64,000 nucleotides of DNA from Pseudomonadota bacterium (GTDB taxonomy: Bacteria; Pseudomonadota; Gammaproteobacteria; SURF-13). The position numbers and the translations under genes were made by a program. Location: positions 7,686 through 71,685 of the forward strand of contig JBGFRC010000001.1 in NCBI GenBank assembly GCA_041695325.1, given 5' to 3'. Positions 13,498 to 24,624 of the stretch are shown here, one piece after another (within the stretch, counting starts at the first letter, position 1; each line of letters begins with the position of its first letter). The notes beneath the pieces are model-generated. The model did no database searches, was not told where the DNA came from, and saw only the letters and a program-made list of their open reading frames with translations.

Positions 13498-13980
13498 CTA
13501 ATTTGATGATTGTGGCTGCCAGCCCGCCATGGTACGCAGTATTTCCTCGCCTCGCGCCGTTTTTGCATTTAAATTCAATGACCTACCTTTGTTGACCCAG
13601 GCTAGTGCCAGTGCAATATCCGGCTCCGGCAGCACGCCCTCGCCCCGCTCCGGCCATTCGAGCAGGCAGATGGCACGGGGAGCAAAATAGTCTTCCAGCC
13701 CCATGGCCGTCAATTCGGATGGGGAATTAATTCTATATAAATCAAAATGGTATATTGTTATATCGGCAAGCTCATAGGGCTCAACCAAGGTAAACGTCGG
13801 GCTCTTCACCGCGCCTTGATGCCCTAAAGCACGCAGCACACCACGCACCAGAGTGGTTTTGCCCGCGCCCAGTTCGCCGCTGAGATAAATCCTGTCTCCT
13901 GCGCGCAGTTGCTTGGCCAGCGCTGCGCCGAAGGCCAGCATCACGGCCTCGTCCGCTATCACATAGTGTGTTTCAGGCAC
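13498..13980 (-). CDS. tsaE: tRNA threonylcarbamoyladenosine biosynthesis ATPase TsaE
   Basis: LSGELGAGKTTLVRGVL...SPTFTLVEPY, the YjeE family. Confidence 0.9.
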   Translation of the reverse strand: MPETHYVIADEAVMLAFGAALAKQLRAGDRIYLSGELGAGKTTLVRGVLRALGHQGAVKSPTFTLVEPYELADITIYHFDLYRINSPSELTAMGLEDYFAPRAICLLEWPERGEGVLPEPDIALALAWVNKGRSLNLNAKTARGEEILRTMAGWQPQSSN

Positions 13981-15451
13981 GATTCACCAGCATGCGCAAA
14001 GGCGCGAACAAATCGCTCGCCAGCAGCCCGCGCTCGCCGCGCTGTGCCGCTTCGTCGCCCGCCTGCGCGTGCAGATGCACACCCAGCCGCGCGGCATCGG
14101 CCAGGGTGATGCCTTGCACGGTCAAGCCTGCAATGACGCCGGTCAACACGTCACCCACGCCTGCGCTCGCCATGCTGGGATTGCCCGCGGTACACACGCT
14201 GACCGCTCCATCTCCAGCGGCAATCAACGTGCCCGCGCCTTTCAGCACTGCGACGCCGCCGTACTGCGCACGCAGTTGCCGCACGGCGTAATAACGATCA
14301 CGCTGAATCACGCTGCCCGCGCAATTCAGTAAACGCCCCGCTTCCCCGGGATGCGGCGTCAATATCCAGTCAGCCCGCGTTTGCGGGTGCTGCGCGAGCA
14401 GATTGAGCGCGTCGGCATCCACCACCAAGGGCAAAGAAGTCCGCAACACGGCGTTGAACAACTCGACCGCCCAAGGCGACAGGCCGAGGCCGGGGCCGAT
14501 GGCAACCGCGTCCACCTTTTCCAGCAAGAGCTGCAACTGCTCCGCGTTCTCCACCCCATGACACAACAGCTCCGGGCGCTGAGCGCAGAGTGCCGAGGCA
14601 TGCGATGTGCGCGTGGCGACATAAACCAATCCGGCCCCGGCGCGCGCCGCGGCCTCGCCCGCGAGACGCGCTGCGCCCGCCATGCCGTGATCGCCGCCGA
14701 TCACCAGCACGCGCCCGTAATCGCCTTTGTGCGAGTCGCGCGCGCGCAGCTTGAGCCGCGGTAAATTCTCTGCCGCGAGTCTTACCGCGGCAGGCGTGGC
14801 GCGCTGAACGATCTCCTGCGGCACGCCTAAATCATCCAGCACGATCTTGCCGCAATGATCCGGCGCCGCGCCGGTGAACAAACCCTGCTTGAGGGCGAGA
14901 AAACTGACGGTGACGCTCGCGCGCACCGCCGCACCGTGCACCGCGCCGGTGTCCGCATCCAGGCCGGAAGGAACATCGAGCGCCAGCACGTGCTTGTGCG
15001 CATGATTAATCGCCCTGATCGCTTCGCGCCACGCGCCACTCACCTCCCGATCCAGCCCGATGCCAAACAGCGCATCCACAATCAGCTCGGCGTCTTTGAG
15101 CCGCACCGCGGAAAACGGCGTTACTTCTACGCCCGCCGCGCGCAATGCCTCATACGCCGCCTGCGCATCCCCGCGCAGCGCGCCCTCCTCCCCCGCCTGC
15201 AATACGCACAGCTCCAGCCCGGCCTCATGCGCCAGCCGCGCCGTCACAAACCCATCGCCGCCGTTATTCCCCGTGCCGCACACCAAGACGATGCGCCGTG
15301 CCTTGGGCCAATGCGCGCGCAGCGTCTCAAACGCTGCACGCCCTGCGCGCTCCATCAGCATCGCGCCCGGAATGCCGTATTCCTCGATGGCGATACGATC
15401 AAACTCCCGCACTTGCGCGGCGCGGTATAAGTTGACAGGAAGATCAGACAT
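13973..15451 (-). CDS. nnr: bifunctional NAD(P)H-hydrate repair enzyme (epimerase/dehydratase)
   Basis: 492-aa fused YjeF-N/YjeF-C domains; 8-nt overlap with tsaE. Confidence 0.9.
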   Translation of the reverse strand: MSDLPVNLYRAAQVREFDRIAIEEYGIPGAMLMERAGRAAFETLRAHWPKARRIVLVCGTGNNGGDGFVTARLAHEAGLELCVLQAGEEGALRGDAQAAYEALRAAGVEVTPFSAVRLKDAELIVDALFGIGLDREVSGAWREAIRAINHAHKHVLALDVPSGLDADTGAVHGAAVRASVTVSFLALKQGLFTGAAPDHCGKIVLDDLGVPQEIVQRATPAAVRLAAENLPRLKLRARDSHKGDYGRVLVIGGDHGMAGAARLAGEAAARAGAGLVYVATRTSHASALCAQRPELLCHGVENAEQLQLLLEKVDAVAIGPGLGLSPWAVELFNAVLRTSLPLVVDADALNLLAQHPQTRADWILTPHPGEAGRLLNCAGSVIQRDRYYAVRQLRAQYGGVAVLKGAGTLIAAGDGAVSVCTAGNPSMASAGVGDVLTGVIAGLTVQGITLADAARLGVHLHAQAGDEAAQRGERGLLASDLFAPLRMLVNRA

Positions 15452-15485
15452 GCAAGCTATGTTAAAAGATGCCGCCTGTTCGTAC

Positions 15486-15723
15486 TAGCAGTTCGTTGAA
15501 AAACGAACTGCTAAGCGCCACAGGGGTGAGCCATGCCGGTGGCATGGCGAACGGACGCACAGGACGTGCGCCCTGGACTTTTCCGCGGAGCCGGGACGGC
15601 GCAGCGGAAAAGTGCCGCATCGAAAATCAAACACACAAGTGTTTGATTTTCGGAGCGAGGCGCGGACATGTGCCGCGCCAAGTGAGTTGAAAATCGCCAA
15701 GGATGGCGATTTTCAACAAACTG
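15486..15723 (+). repeat. ~240-bp multi-hairpin intergenic repeat element, copy A
   Basis: About 95% identical to the reverse complement of 59923-60162. It contains the nested palindromes gcagttcgTTGAAAAAcgaactgc, gccatgccggtggcatggc, cttttccgc..gcggaaaag, cgaaaatcaaacacACAAgtgtttgattttcg and gttgaaaatcgcca..tggcgattttcaac. Confidence 0.8.
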
Positions 15724-15964
15724 CTGGCAAAACTTCTTGTCGCAGTTGCGCACTTAAAATAAACGGATGTATCCTTTATGTTATGAGCATACCCGTTGAA
15801 AAAAATTACCGAGGCTATCTTATCGTTGCCAAGTGATGCGCGAGCGTTGCTGGCAGAAAGAACGCCAGTCCGGTCCCAGAAATCCGGCTATTGGCATGCT
15901 CGCACAGAGGCCGGGGCTTAACAAGTGAAGCATGTGGACACGAATAACGTCCCCACCCATCTTT

Positions 15965-16507
15965 TCAGGATTTAAGCTTCGCGTTGTAACGCTCGCGGAA
16001 TTTTTTGAGTTTGGGGGCAATGACCATCTGGCAGTACGGTTGATTGCCGTTTCTGGCGTAGTAATCCTGGTGATAGTCTTCGGCGCGGTAAAACGCGCTG
16101 AACGGTGCAAGCTCGGTAACGATCGGGCCGGGCCAGATCCGCGTTGCGCTGATTTCCTGAATCACCTGTCCGGCAACCCGTTTTTGCTCGGGCGTGTGAT
16201 AAAAAATCACTGAGCGGTATTGGGTGCCGGCGTCATTGCCCTGGCGGTTGAGCGTGGTGGGGTCATGGACGGAGAAGAATATCTCCAGCAATTCCCGATA
16301 GCTGATAACGCCGGGGTCGAACGTGACTTGCACCACCTCGGCGTGGCCGGTGTTGCCGGTACAGACTTCACGATAGGAAGGATTTTTTATCTCGCCGCCG
16401 GAGTAGCCGGATTCGACTTTGGACACGCCTTTGAGGGCGGCGAACAGCGGCTCCAGACACCAGAAGCAGCCGCCGCCCAGGGTTGCAAGCTCCGCGTTCG
16501 CAGGCAT
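15965..16507 (-). CDS. msrA: peptide-methionine (S)-S-oxide reductase
   Basis: [20 protein letters not shown]..., the active-site GCFWC motif. Start placed at the internal Met, 180 aa. Confidence 0.9.
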   Translation of the reverse strand: MPANAELATLGGGCFWCLEPLFAALKGVSKVESGYSGGEIKNPSYREVCTGNTGHAEVVQVTFDPGVISYRELLEIFFSVHDPTTLNRQGNDAGTQYRSVIFYHTPEQKRVAGQVIQEISATRIWPGPIVTELAPFSAFYRAEDYHQDYYARNGNQPYCQMVIAPKLKKFRERYNAKLKS

Positions 16508-17106
16508 CAGGGGAGTTCGCGCTGCATGCCGATGAGAGTGAACAATTCCATGCGCGAGGAGGGATTGTTGAGAAACACGCCGTGCAGTTTGCTGGTGGTG
16601 GTCCAGGAACCGGGTTTTTTCGCGCCGCGGTAGCACATGCAGAAGTGCTGGCACTGCATGATGACCGCAACGCCCTGCGGCTGCAAAACCTCTTCGATGG
16701 TATCCGCGATCTGAGCGGTGAGCTTTTCCTGCACTTGCAGGCGTTTGGAGTAAATGTCCACTACGCGCGCGAGCTTGGACAAGCCGATGATGCGCCCGTT
16801 CGGGATGTAGGCGACGTGCGCCTTGCCCACGAACGGCACCATGTGATGCTCGCAATGGCTGTGCAGTTCGATGTCGGACACCAGCACCAGCTCATCATAG
16901 CCCACCGCCGGCTCGAAGGTTTTGAGCAGATGTTCCTTGGGGTCCTGCTGATAGCCCTGGAAGTGCTCCTGCAATACGCCGATCACGCGCTCGGGCGTGT
17001 CGCGCAATCCGTCGCGGTCCGGATTCTCGCCGATGTACTCCAGCAGCCCGCGGATATGCGCCATGGCTTGCTGGTCTTTTTTATTGAACGATGAGGAATC
17101 AGGCAT
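16507..17106 (-). CDS. folE: GTP cyclohydrolase I
   Basis: ...[11 protein letters not shown]...; 199-aa FolE. Confidence 0.95.
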   Translation of the reverse strand: MPDSSSFNKKDQQAMAHIRGLLEYIGENPDRDGLRDTPERVIGVLQEHFQGYQQDPKEHLLKTFEPAVGYDELVLVSDIELHSHCEHHMVPFVGKAHVAYIPNGRIIGLSKLARVVDIYSKRLQVQEKLTAQIADTIEEVLQPQGVAVIMQCQHFCMCYRGAKKPGSWTTTSKLHGVFLNNPSSRMELFTLIGMQRELP

Positions 17107-17177
17107 GATAGGTGTCCAGTGTTACCGGATAAACGAATAATGGGTTGATGAGCGGTGTGCGCCACGCCGCTACAATT

Positions 17178-17447
<270 letters not shown>

Positions 17448-17508
17448 TCATTTCACCCGCTACTTTTCCAACGTCGGCTAAATTACTATACCTGACTAAA
17501 ATAGTCAA

Positions 17509-18144
<636 letters not shown>

Positions 18145-18189
18145 TCATGCACAGAGCTTGCATCATCCTGCCGGAATACCGACGTCTTC

Positions 18190-18483
18190 ATGACTCGCAC
18201 AAAACTGTTGCCGCTGCTCATTCTGCTCGCCGGGCTGAGCGCCGCTTGCGCCAGCATTCCCTCGCAGGAGATGAGCGACGCGCGCCAGGCGGTGCAGGCG
18301 GCGCATGAGGCCAACGCGGACAAGCTTGCCCCTGAGCCGCTTAACGAAGCGCAGAAACTGCTGGACGAAGCACGCACCGCGCTCGGCCAGGGCGATTACA
18401 GCGCGGCGCGCGCCAAGGCCATCCGCGCCAAAGAAGCCGCGATCCGCGCACGCGAACAGGCGCTGGGCGCCCAGCCTGAATAA
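18190..18483 (+). CDS. DUF4398-like small lipoprotein
   Basis: Lipobox LSAAC after the signal peptide; Ala/Glu-rich helical remainder. Confidence 0.55.
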   Translation: MTRTKLLPLLILLAGLSAACASIPSQEMSDARQAVQAAHEANADKLAPEPLNEAQKLLDEARTALGQGDYSAARAKAIRAKEAAIRAREQALGAQPE

Positions 18484-18519
18484 ACACACGCTCAAGTTTT
18501 CAATCACCTCTTCCTGCGC

Positions 18520-20220
18520 ATGCGCACCTCACAGCTATTACTGCCCACACTCAAGGAAACACCCTCCGACGCCGAAGTCATCAGTCATCAGTTGATGCTG
18601 CGTGCGGGCATGATCCGCAAACTCGCCGCTGGCATCTATAACTGGCTGCCCCTCGGCCTGCGCGTGCTGCGCAAGGTGGAGGCCGTTGTGCGCGAGGAAA
18701 TGAGCCGCGCCGGCGCGCAAGAGCTGCTGATGCCCGCGGTGCAGCCCGCCGAGCTGTGGCAGGAATCCGGGCGCTGGGGGCAATACGGCCCTGAACTGTT
18801 GCGCCTGCAAGACCGTCACCAACGCGACTTCTGCTTCGGCCCGACGCACGAGGAGGTCATCACCGATCTGGTGCGCAACGAAATCCGCAGTTATAAACAA
18901 CTGCCTGCGATCTTTTACCAGATCCAAACCAAATTCCGCGACGAACCGCGCCCGCGGTTCGGCGTGATGCGCGCGCGCGAATTCCTGATGAAGGATGCGT
19001 ATTCATTTCACGCTGATAAAGCCAGCCTGGAAAAAACCTATCAGGTGATGCATGACGTCTATACCCGCATCTTCACCCGTCTTGGGTTAAGATTCCGCGC
19101 CGTGTACGCCGACACCGGCGCCATCGGCGGCACCGGTTCGCAGGAGTTCCACGTGCTCGCCGACTCCGGCGAAGACGCCGTCGCGTTTTGCCCGGATTCG
19201 GACTACGCCGCCAACGTGGAACTAGCCGAGGCCGTCGCGCCCGCGGGCAAGCGCCCTGCCCCACAACAGACGATGCAAATCGTGGACACGCCGGGCAAAC
19301 ACAGCATCGAAGAAGTCAGCGGCTTTTTAAAAATGGATCCCGCCCAGTGTCTGAAGACGCTGCTGGTGCAGGGCAAGGAAGGCGTCGTCGCGCTGGTGTT
19401 GCGCGGCGATCACGAATTGAACACGGTAAAAGCGGCCAAGCTGACGCAGGTTTTCGCCCCGCTGACACTGGCCACCCCGCAGCAGGTTCAGGACGCGGCC
19501 GGCTGCGCGCCGGGATCGGTGGGCCCGGTGGGGCTAAAGATTCCCGTCATCGCCGACCGCGCCGCCGCGCACGCAAGCGACTTTGTGTGCGGCGCAAATC
19601 AGGACGGCAGGCATTTCACCGGCGTCAACTGGAGCCGCGATCTGCCGGAGCCGCTGGTCGCGGACATCCGCAACGTCGTGCAAGGCGACCCTTCCCCCGA
19701 CGGCCAAGGCACGCTGTCCATCGCGCGCGGCATCGAGGTCGGCCACATTTTCCAGCTTGGCGGTAAATACTCCAGCGCCATGGGCGCGAGCTATCTCGAC
19801 GAAAACGGGCAATCGCAAATCATGGAGATGGGCTGCTACGGCATCGGCGTATCGCGCGTGGTGGCCGCCGCCATCGAACAGAACCACGACGCACGCGGTA
19901 TCATCTGGCCTGTGCCCCTTGCGCCGTTTCACGTCGCGCTGCTGCCGATGAACATGCACAAGTCGCCGCGCGTGCAGGAAACGGCGGAGAAACTCTATAC
20001 AGAATTAACACACGCCGGGATTGAGGTGTTATTCGATGATCGCCCCTTGCGCGCGGGCGTGATGTTCGCCGACATGGAGCTGATCGGCATCCCCCATCGC
20101 ATCGTCGTCGGCGAACGCGGCCTCGACGCCGGAACGGTGGAATATCAGAACCGTCGCGACGCGCAAAGCCGGAATGTACCGCTTGCTGAAATCACCGGCC
20201 TTCTGAAAGCGCGCTTATAA
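18520..20220 (+). CDS. proS: proline--tRNA ligase
   Basis: 566-aa class II aaRS with an editing domain and full-length ProRS similarity. Confidence 0.95.
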   Translation: MRTSQLLLPTLKETPSDAEVISHQLMLRAGMIRKLAAGIYNWLPLGLRVLRKVEAVVREEMSRAGAQELLMPAVQPAELWQESGRWGQYGPELLRLQDRHQRDFCFGPTHEEVITDLVRNEIRSYKQLPAIFYQIQTKFRDEPRPRFGVMRAREFLMKDAYSFHADKASLEKTYQVMHDVYTRIFTRLGLRFRAVYADTGAIGGTGSQEFHVLADSGEDAVAFCPDSDYAANVELAEAVAPAGKRPAPQQTMQIVDTPGKHSIEEVSGFLKMDPAQCLKTLLVQGKEGVVALVLRGDHELNTVKAAKLTQVFAPLTLATPQQVQDAAGCAPGSVGPVGLKIPVIADRAAAHASDFVCGANQDGRHFTGVNWSRDLPEPLVADIRNVVQGDPSPDGQGTLSIARGIEVGHIFQLGGKYSSAMGASYLDENGQSQIMEMGCYGIGVSRVVAAAIEQNHDARGIIWPVPLAPFHVALLPMNMHKSPRVQETAEKLYTELTHAGIEVLFDDRPLRAGVMFADMELIGIPHRIVVGERGLDAGTVEYQNRRDAQSRNVPLAEITGLLKARL

Positions 20221-20532
20221 GCCGCTCTCCCTCCAGTCGGCCAGAAACTGCTCCAGGCCGAGGGTAGTGAGCGGGAGCCTGACCGTCACATTGGGCGCAA
20301 TCCTGGCCAGTTCGCGGCCCTGCTTGAGCATGCCTTCATAATCCATCGCAACGACCTCGGCGCTGACCGGGCCTTGCACCATCTCGCAGATCATCGCAAT
20401 CTGCTTATGAAAGCTGATACCGGTTTCCTTGGCTAGCAGCGATGGATTGGTGGTCACACCGTCGGCCATGCCCAACTCCACGGCTTTGCGTATATCCTCA
20501 AGATGTCCCGTGTCTATGGGGTAGCCATCCAA
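20215..20532 (-). pseudogene. internally deleted, start-less copy of the transaldolase/fructose-6-phosphate aldolase gene (paralog of 26240-26890)
   Basis: Its translation matches residues ~5-77 of the intact copy fused directly to the last 16 residues (…VRLPLT|[16 protein letters not shown]). The junction lies at the microhomology cccgctcac. There is no ATG at the 5' end, where the sequence diverges from the intact gene. Confidence 0.8.
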
Positions 20533-20574
20533 ACATCATGCCCAATCTCTGAAGGAGGTCATATGCCGAAGAAC

Positions 20575-20625
20575 CAAGCCTGGCACTGGTTTTCGGGAAA
20601 TTAACGCTCACAACTACCCACACGA
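20575..20625. repeat. 50-bp junction motif, copy 1 (ttcgggaaattaacgctcacaactacccacacgacttccagaagagcc)
   Basis: Near-identical to 26080-26130. Both copies lie between a tal-derived segment and IS630-like remnant sequence. Confidence 0.6.
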
Positions 20626-20673
20626 CTTCCAGAAGAGCCCCAAAATCTATATTCGCGCATTTTTGAGGATCAT

Positions 20674-21327
20674 TCAGCGCGCCGCCGCCCGGGAGAACAA
20701 TCTTCGCCCGAATGCGCCGCCGAATGCGGCGAGCACGGCCGCCGGGCCGAGGTTCCAAATCAGGATCAGCGTGGTCGCGTCCAGGTCATGAAAAAGCGAC
20801 AGCGCCGTTGCGGTCATGGCGGCGACGGCGAGGCCGCCCGTGATCGCGACCGGCGCCGGCGCGAGCAACGCCGCGTGGCGCAGCATGATGAGCAGCGCGA
20901 GCGAGAGCGGCGCGCCAACGAGCACGAGCGTCGCGAAGCAGCGCGCGGTCTCGCCGAGCGACACGCCCTCGGGCCCGATGCTGACCCAGGCGGTGAAACA
21001 GCCGTAGCCGATGGTCGCCACCCATACGAGGAGCCCGGGCGCAGGCAGAAGGAGCCAGCCTCGCGAGCGGTCGGGGAGGCTCAGGAGGAACGCGGCAATC
21101 GCGGCAAGGACGCCGGTCGCGAGCGCCGCGGCGACGCTGAGAACGAATACCGGCTGCTCGAGGCGAAACTCCAGGTCCGGGCGCACTCCGCGCGAGACGG
21201 CCAGCAGCGCGAGGATCAGCGCCGCGAAGAGCAGCCAGCCGGCGGCGCGCACGAGCGGCGGCCGCAGGCGCCGCAGCGGCGCCAGATGCGCGACAAGTGT
21301 CTCGATCAGGTCGGGCGTATTGATCAC
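20674..21327 (-). CDS. DUF1109 (NrsF-family) membrane anti-sigma factor
   Basis: 217 aa, six predicted TM segments, N-terminus INTPDLIETLVAHLAPLRRL, two cysteines in predicted outward-facing loops (GYGCFTAW, ARCF). ATGA-coupled to the upstream ECF sigma gene. Confidence 0.8.
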   Translation of the reverse strand: MINTPDLIETLVAHLAPLRRLRPPLVRAAGWLLFAALILALLAVSRGVRPDLEFRLEQPVFVLSVAAALATGVLAAIAAFLLSLPDRSRGWLLLPAPGLLVWVATIGYGCFTAWVSIGPEGVSLGETARCFATLVLVGAPLSLALLIMLRHAALLAPAPVAITGGLAVAAMTATALSLFHDLDATTLILIWNLGPAAVLAAFGGAFGRRLFSRAAAR

Positions 21328-21947
21328 CGGTCCGTTCGTTTCGTTCCGAGCAGTTTCCGCAGGCGCTTCAACGCGCGATGCGTAGCCACCTTGAGCGCCG
21401 CGACCGACATGCCGCTCGCCGCAGCCGCTTCCTGCAACGACATCTCCTTCAGCTTGAGAAGCTCGATCGCCTGGCGCTGTCCGGCGGGCAGATTCTCGAC
21501 CGCCTCCCGCAGCAGGCGCGCCTCGGAGGCCGCCTCCTGGCAGTTCGCCTCGGGCCCGGCAAAGGTTTCATGCTCGGGTTCGAGCGGCACCTCGCGGGCC
21601 CCCGCGCGTCCGTGCCGGCGCAGCGCATCCGCGATGCGCCGATTGGCGATCGCGACCAGCCACGGGCCGAAGGGGCGGGCAGGGTCGTAGGTATTGCGTA
21701 CTGCATGCACGGTGAGCAGCGTCTCCTGCACCACGTCCTCGACGTCGCTGCGGTTCCGCAGGCGCCGCGCCGCAAGCGAGCGCAGGTAAGGCGTCACCTG
21801 TTCGAGCAGCCGCCGGTAGGCTTCGCGGTCGCCGCCCTGCGCCCGCGCCATGCAGAGCGACCAGTCGAGTTCATGGCCGGCAGGCGCCTCCCCGGCCTTC
21901 CTGATGAGGCTCAGCGCCGGTCCGCGGCCGGGTCGGTTGGATCGCAT
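21324..21947 (-). CDS. ECF-type RNA polymerase sigma-70 factor (SigF-like)
   Basis: Sigma-70 region 2 (DVVQETLLTVHAVRNTYDPARPFGPWLVAIANRR) and region 4 (LPAGQRQAIELLKLKEMSLQEAAAASGMSVAALKVATHRALKRLR). Start ambiguous: 21947 (MRSN...) or 21851 (MARAQ...). Confidence 0.85.
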   Translation of the reverse strand: MRSNRPGRGPALSLIRKAGEAPAGHELDWSLCMARAQGGDREAYRRLLEQVTPYLRSLAARRLRNRSDVEDVVQETLLTVHAVRNTYDPARPFGPWLVAIANRRIADALRRHGRAGAREVPLEPEHETFAGPEANCQEAASEARLLREAVENLPAGQRQAIELLKLKEMSLQEAAAASGMSVAALKVATHRALKRLRKLLGTKRTDR

Positions 21948-22136
21948 GATGGAAATTTTAGCACATGGAGTCGGATCGGGCCGTCGGAAGCGGGGGCCCC
22001 TACCAGGATGTTGATAAATGCCGCATGACACCGTTTTCTTGGCGCAGTGACCGCGCTGTTCTCCTGGGGATGGCATTGTCCCTATGACCTCCCTTAAGGG
22101 GAGTGGTTCGAGGACTTTATCAACACCCTGCTACCT

Positions 22137-22162
22137 GTAACCTTTTGTTGCGCCCCGCCGAA
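22137..22162 (+). promoter_or_regulatory. ECF sigma (SigF-type) promoter GTAACC-N16-CGAA upstream of the DUF2282 precursor gene
   Basis: gtaacc at 22137-22142, exactly 16 nt, then cgaa at 22159-22162, about 47 nt upstream of the ATG at 22209. This matches the published Caulobacter SigF-dependent promoter consensus. Confidence 0.55.
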
Positions 22163-22208
22163 CTTCCTGTCGCGGCCCCGATCCCGGGGCCTTCTACAGG
22201 AGGAAAAC

Positions 22209-22505
22209 ATGGATCAGAAAGGCATTGTCGCGGCGGCGATCGCCGGCCTGTTCGCGCTGGGTGCGGCGACGGGTTCCGCGCTGGCGCAGGACAAGAAGGA
22301 GATGGAAAAGTGCTGGGGCGTGGTAAAGGCCGGCCAGAATGACTGCGGCAGCAACGCGACCGCGCATGCGTGTGCCGGGCAGTCGAATAAGGACTACGAC
22401 CCGAACGACTTCAAGGCGGTGAAAACCGGCACCTGCATCCAGATGGGCGGGAGCCTGAAGCAGGGCGAGCCGGGCGAGCTGGCCAAGAAGCACTTCAAGG
22501 GCTGA
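22209..22505 (+). CDS. DUF2282 bufferin-type precursor peptide (BufA-like), Sec signal peptide
   Basis: Signal peptide [26 protein letters not shown]. Core [26 protein letters not shown]...[10 protein letters not shown] has four Cys in the conserved DUF2282 arrangement. Strong RBS aggagg. Confidence 0.85.
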   Translation: MDQKGIVAAAIAGLFALGAATGSALAQDKKEMEKCWGVVKAGQNDCGSNATAHACAGQSNKDYDPNDFKAVKTGTCIQMGGSLKQGEPGELAKKHFKG

Positions 22506-22515
22506 AGAGCGCGGC

Positions 22516-23370
22516 ATGAGCGCAGTCGCGGTTTCAGGCAGCGGCCCGCAGGGACTCGGGCCGGGGATCGGGCTGCGCGCGCCGCACTATCGCGCTTTCC
22601 TCGAGGCGCGCCAGCCTGTTGGCTGGGTCGAGGTCCACAGCGAGAACTACTTCGGGCAGGGCGGCTACCACCGGCACGTGCTCGAACGCGTGCGCGCCGA
22701 TTACGCCGTCAGCCTGCACGGGGTCGGGCTCGGCATCGGCTCCGCGGAGGGCTACCGCGAGCGCCACCTGAGGCGGCTGCGCTCGCTCGCGCGGTGGATC
22801 GAGCCGGTTTTCGTCTCCGAGCACTTGTGCTGGGGGGCGGCGTCCGGCCGGCACTTCAACGACCTGCTGCCGCTCGCCTACGGCCGGGAGGCGCTTGCAC
22901 TAGTGAGCGCGCGCGTCGAGCGCGCGCAGGAACTCCTCGGCCGGCGCCTGCTGATCGAGAACGTCACGGCGTATCTCGAGTTCGCCGGGCAGGAGATGGC
23001 CGAGGCCGAATTCATCGCCGAACTCGCGCACCGCACGGGCTGCGGCGTGCTGCTCGACGTGAACAACCTGTACGTGAATCAGCTTAACCACGGCGGCGAT
23101 GCGCTCGCTGCCCTGCGCACGCTCCCCGCGGGCTGCGTCGAGGAGATCCACCTTGCCGGCCATCTGGTCACCGAGGACTGCGTGATTGACCACCACGGCG
23201 CTCGCGTCGCCGAGCCCGTGTGGCGGCTCTACAAGGCCGCCCTCGAGCGCTTCGGTCCGGTCCCGACGCTGATCGAATGGGATACCGACATCCCGGAGCT
23301 TGCGGTGCTGCTCGATGAGGCCGCGCGCGCCGGCCGGTGCATGGGGGAACGCCTTGGCCTCGCTGCTTGA
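22516..23370 (+). CDS. DUF692 / MNIO-family (multinuclear non-heme iron oxidative) enzyme (BufB-like)
   Basis: 284 aa, TIM-barrel DUF692 signature ...VEVHSENYF..., [14 protein letters not shown]. Immediately follows the precursor gene. Confidence 0.85.
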   Translation: MSAVAVSGSGPQGLGPGIGLRAPHYRAFLEARQPVGWVEVHSENYFGQGGYHRHVLERVRADYAVSLHGVGLGIGSAEGYRERHLRRLRSLARWIEPVFVSEHLCWGAASGRHFNDLLPLAYGREALALVSARVERAQELLGRRLLIENVTAYLEFAGQEMAEAEFIAELAHRTGCGVLLDVNNLYVNQLNHGGDALAALRTLPAGCVEEIHLAGHLVTEDCVIDHHGARVAEPVWRLYKAALERFGPVPTLIEWDTDIPELAVLLDEAARAGRCMGERLGLAA

Positions 23371-24139
23371 GTTGCAGCGCGGCTTCGGGTCCGCGCTCGC
23401 CGACGCCGCGGGCGCAGCGCGCTCGGCCGCGCTTTTCCGCGGTCCGCCCGAGCGCGCGCTCGCGCGCCTCGCCGTGTATCGCGGCAACGTCTTCGGCAAC
23501 TGTTCGAAAGCGCTCGCCGGCGCGTATCCGATCGTTCGCAAGATCGTGGGCGAGGAATTCTTCGAGGACCTCTCACGCGCCTACTGGCGCTCGCGGCCTT
23601 CGGTGAGCGGCGACCTGAACGAGTACGGCCGCGGCTTCGATGCGTTCCTCGCAGGCTGCGCGCAGGTGCAGGACCTGCCGTATCTGCCGGACGTCGCGCA
23701 CATGGAGTGGCTCGCGCACCGCGCCTACTACGCCGCGGACAGCGCGCGCTTCGATCCCTCGCGCCTTGCGGCGCTGCCGCCGGAGCGCCATCCGGGCCTG
23801 CGCCCGGTGCTCGCCCGCGCCTGCGCGCTGTTCGAGTCGCACTGGCCGCTGGCACGGATCTGGGAGGTACACCAGGACGACTACACGGGCGAGATCAACG
23901 TTGATCTCGGCGCGGGCGGCGAGCGCATACTGGTGCACCGCCCGGCCTGGCGCGCCGTGGTCATCGGGCTCGGCGCCGCGGACCATGCGCTGCTCTGCGC
24001 CATCCGCGACGGCCTAGCGCTGGGGCCAGCGCTCGAGGCGGCGCTCGCCGCCGATCCCGCCTACGGCCCGTCTGCAGCGCTCGCGCGCTGGGTCGGCGCC
24101 GGCGCGATCGTGGCTCTTGCCGCGGGAGAGCCGCGATGA
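23315..24139 (+). CDS. DUF2063 domain protein (BufC-like MNIO partner)
   Basis: N-terminus ...[17 protein letters not shown] typical of DUF2063; overlaps the MNIO gene 3' end. Start approximate (first in-frame ATG). Confidence 0.8.
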   Translation: MRPRAPAGAWGNALASLLELQRGFGSALADAAGAARSAALFRGPPERALARLAVYRGNVFGNCSKALAGAYPIVRKIVGEEFFEDLSRAYWRSRPSVSGDLNEYGRGFDAFLAGCAQVQDLPYLPDVAHMEWLAHRAYYAADSARFDPSRLAALPPERHPGLRPVLARACALFESHWPLARIWEVHQDDYTGEINVDLGAGGERILVHRPAWRAVVIGLGAADHALLCAIRDGLALGPALEAALAADPAYGPSAALARWVGAGAIVALAAGEPR

Positions 24140-24594
24140 GGGCGATCGGCGCATGGCTTCCGGCGATCGAGCGCGTGCTCGCCTGGTTGCAGGCGGCCGG
24201 CCATCTGGTCGATCTGGCGATCCGACTCTACGTCGCGAACGTGTTCTTCAAATCGGGCCTGGTCAAGATCGGCAACTGGGACGGCACCCTGTATCTGTTT
24301 CACGAGGAATACCGGGTGCCGCTGCTCCCGCCCGAGGTCGCGGCCTGGCTCGGCACGTTCGGGGAGCTCTTTTTCCCGCCGCTGCTCGCGCTCGGGCTCG
24401 CCGCCCGCTTCGCCGCGCTTTCGCTCTCCGTGTTCAACGTAGTGGCGGTAATCTCCTTCTGGCACGTGCTCAGCACCAACGAGGCGGCGCTGATGTCGCA
24501 CTTTTACTGGGGCTTGCTGCTGCTCGTTCCGCTGTGCCACGGCCCGGGCAAGCTCTCGCTCGATCACTGGATCTGGCGCTGGGTTTCCCGCTAG
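24136..24594 (+). CDS. DoxX family membrane protein
   Basis: 152 aa, four TM helices, DoxX signature; ATGA overlap with the DUF2063 gene. Confidence 0.8.
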   Translation: MRAIGAWLPAIERVLAWLQAAGHLVDLAIRLYVANVFFKSGLVKIGNWDGTLYLFHEEYRVPLLPPEVAAWLGTFGELFFPPLLALGLAARFAALSLSVFNVVAVISFWHVLSTNEAALMSHFYWGLLLLVPLCHGPGKLSLDHWIWRWVSR

Positions 24595-24624
24595 GCACGA
24601 GGAGCGAAGAGTGGACGCTTCGCC

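Noticed and set aside
15485-15753. Identical small ORFs (for example MPHRKSNTQVFDFRSEARTCAAP...) at 15485-15753 and 59796-60035.
   Set aside because: They are translations of the two copies of the 240-bp hairpin repeat on either strand. They are palindrome-driven and non-coding.
20215-20532. Possible second functional transaldolase gene.
   Set aside because: It lacks about 127 internal codons and a start codon. Only the copy at 26240-26890 is intact.
20498-20758. Track ORFs 20498..20758 (minus) and 25856..26116 (minus) with similar N-terminal peptides (VVSVNFPKTSAR / VLSVNFPETRAR).
   Set aside because: They span the duplicated 50-bp junction motif and IS630 remnant. The similarity reflects the repeated DNA, not a gene family.
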